From Haliotis rufescens (taxonomy: Eukaryota), in contig NW_025963779.1 in assembly GCF_023055435.1 (NCBI RefSeq), positions 24,552,001-24,616,000 of the forward strand: a stretch of 64,000 nucleotides of DNA. Reading direction: 5' to 3'. The position numbers were made by a program, and so were the translations under genes. Every line of letters starts with the position of its first letter. Position 1 is the stretch's first letter. The notes under the pieces are model-generated. The model was not told the origin of the DNA. It made no database searches and was given only the letters and a program-made list of their open reading frames with translations. Positions 63,752 to 64,000 of this stretch are shown one piece after another.

Positions 63752-64000
63752 CTACAGATAGTCCTTGAAAGTTTTGATATTCGGCGACTTGTCCCTGTTG
63801 ATGACCTTGATTTTCTTTTCAATATCTGTCTGAAGATTGTCCATTTGCAGCACGGTTGCTGCTTGTAGGGCGGCAGCGATGTTGTCTTCACACAGCGGCG
63901 GTAGAACACTAGTGTACATAAAGTTGAGGATATCTCTGAAGGCATTGTCATCTACATTCTCCAACGTCATTTCACCATCCCCAGCTGACAAATGCTTCTC
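63752..64000 (-). CDS. BTB-only exon, duplicate of 28724-29076 (cut by the window end)
   Basis: FRDILNFMYTS...IKTFKDYL*. Confidence 0.7.
   Translation of the reverse strand, partial: EKHLSAGDGEMTLENVDDNAFRDILNFMYTSVLPPLCEDNIAAALQAATVLQMDNLQTDIEKKIKVINRDKSPNIKTFKDYL

Larger units (their letters stand above)
53900..64000 (+). repeat. Segmental duplication C (recent, near-identical copy of about 19007-28970; runs off the window)
   Basis: Collinear; several intronic spurious ORFs translate identically in both copies. Confidence 0.95.

Overview
Eukaryotic (animal) genomic DNA with spliceosomal introns, a 133-N gap and many tRNA-derived SINEs. The SINE types point to a mollusc, possibly abalone (inference). 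The window holds a tandemly duplicated ubiquitin-ligase locus. On the + strand are three Deltex-family units: (i) a RING-less, DTC-domain-only gene (2211-5962); (ii) an intact 4-exon macrodomain-long linker-RING-DTC gene, copy A (12672-20207, 824 aa); (iii) a rearranged copy (46733-55097) that lacks the macro exon, has lost two RING cysteines, has a duplicated DTC exon and carries a Ngaro/DIRS-type retroelement in an intron. Converging on the - strand are BTB genes: a BTB-BACK gene (24289-25104, duplicated at 59321-60136) and a BTB-BACK-Kelch-like ORF (29605-31362) that can splice in frame to a second BTB exon (28724-29076). 43945-49250 and 53900-64000 are segmental duplicates of earlier parts of the window. 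Also present: an intact Tc1 (DD34E) transposon, several MITEs, four SINE families and five minisatellite arrays. All gene models are read from splice signals and phase, with no transcript evidence.
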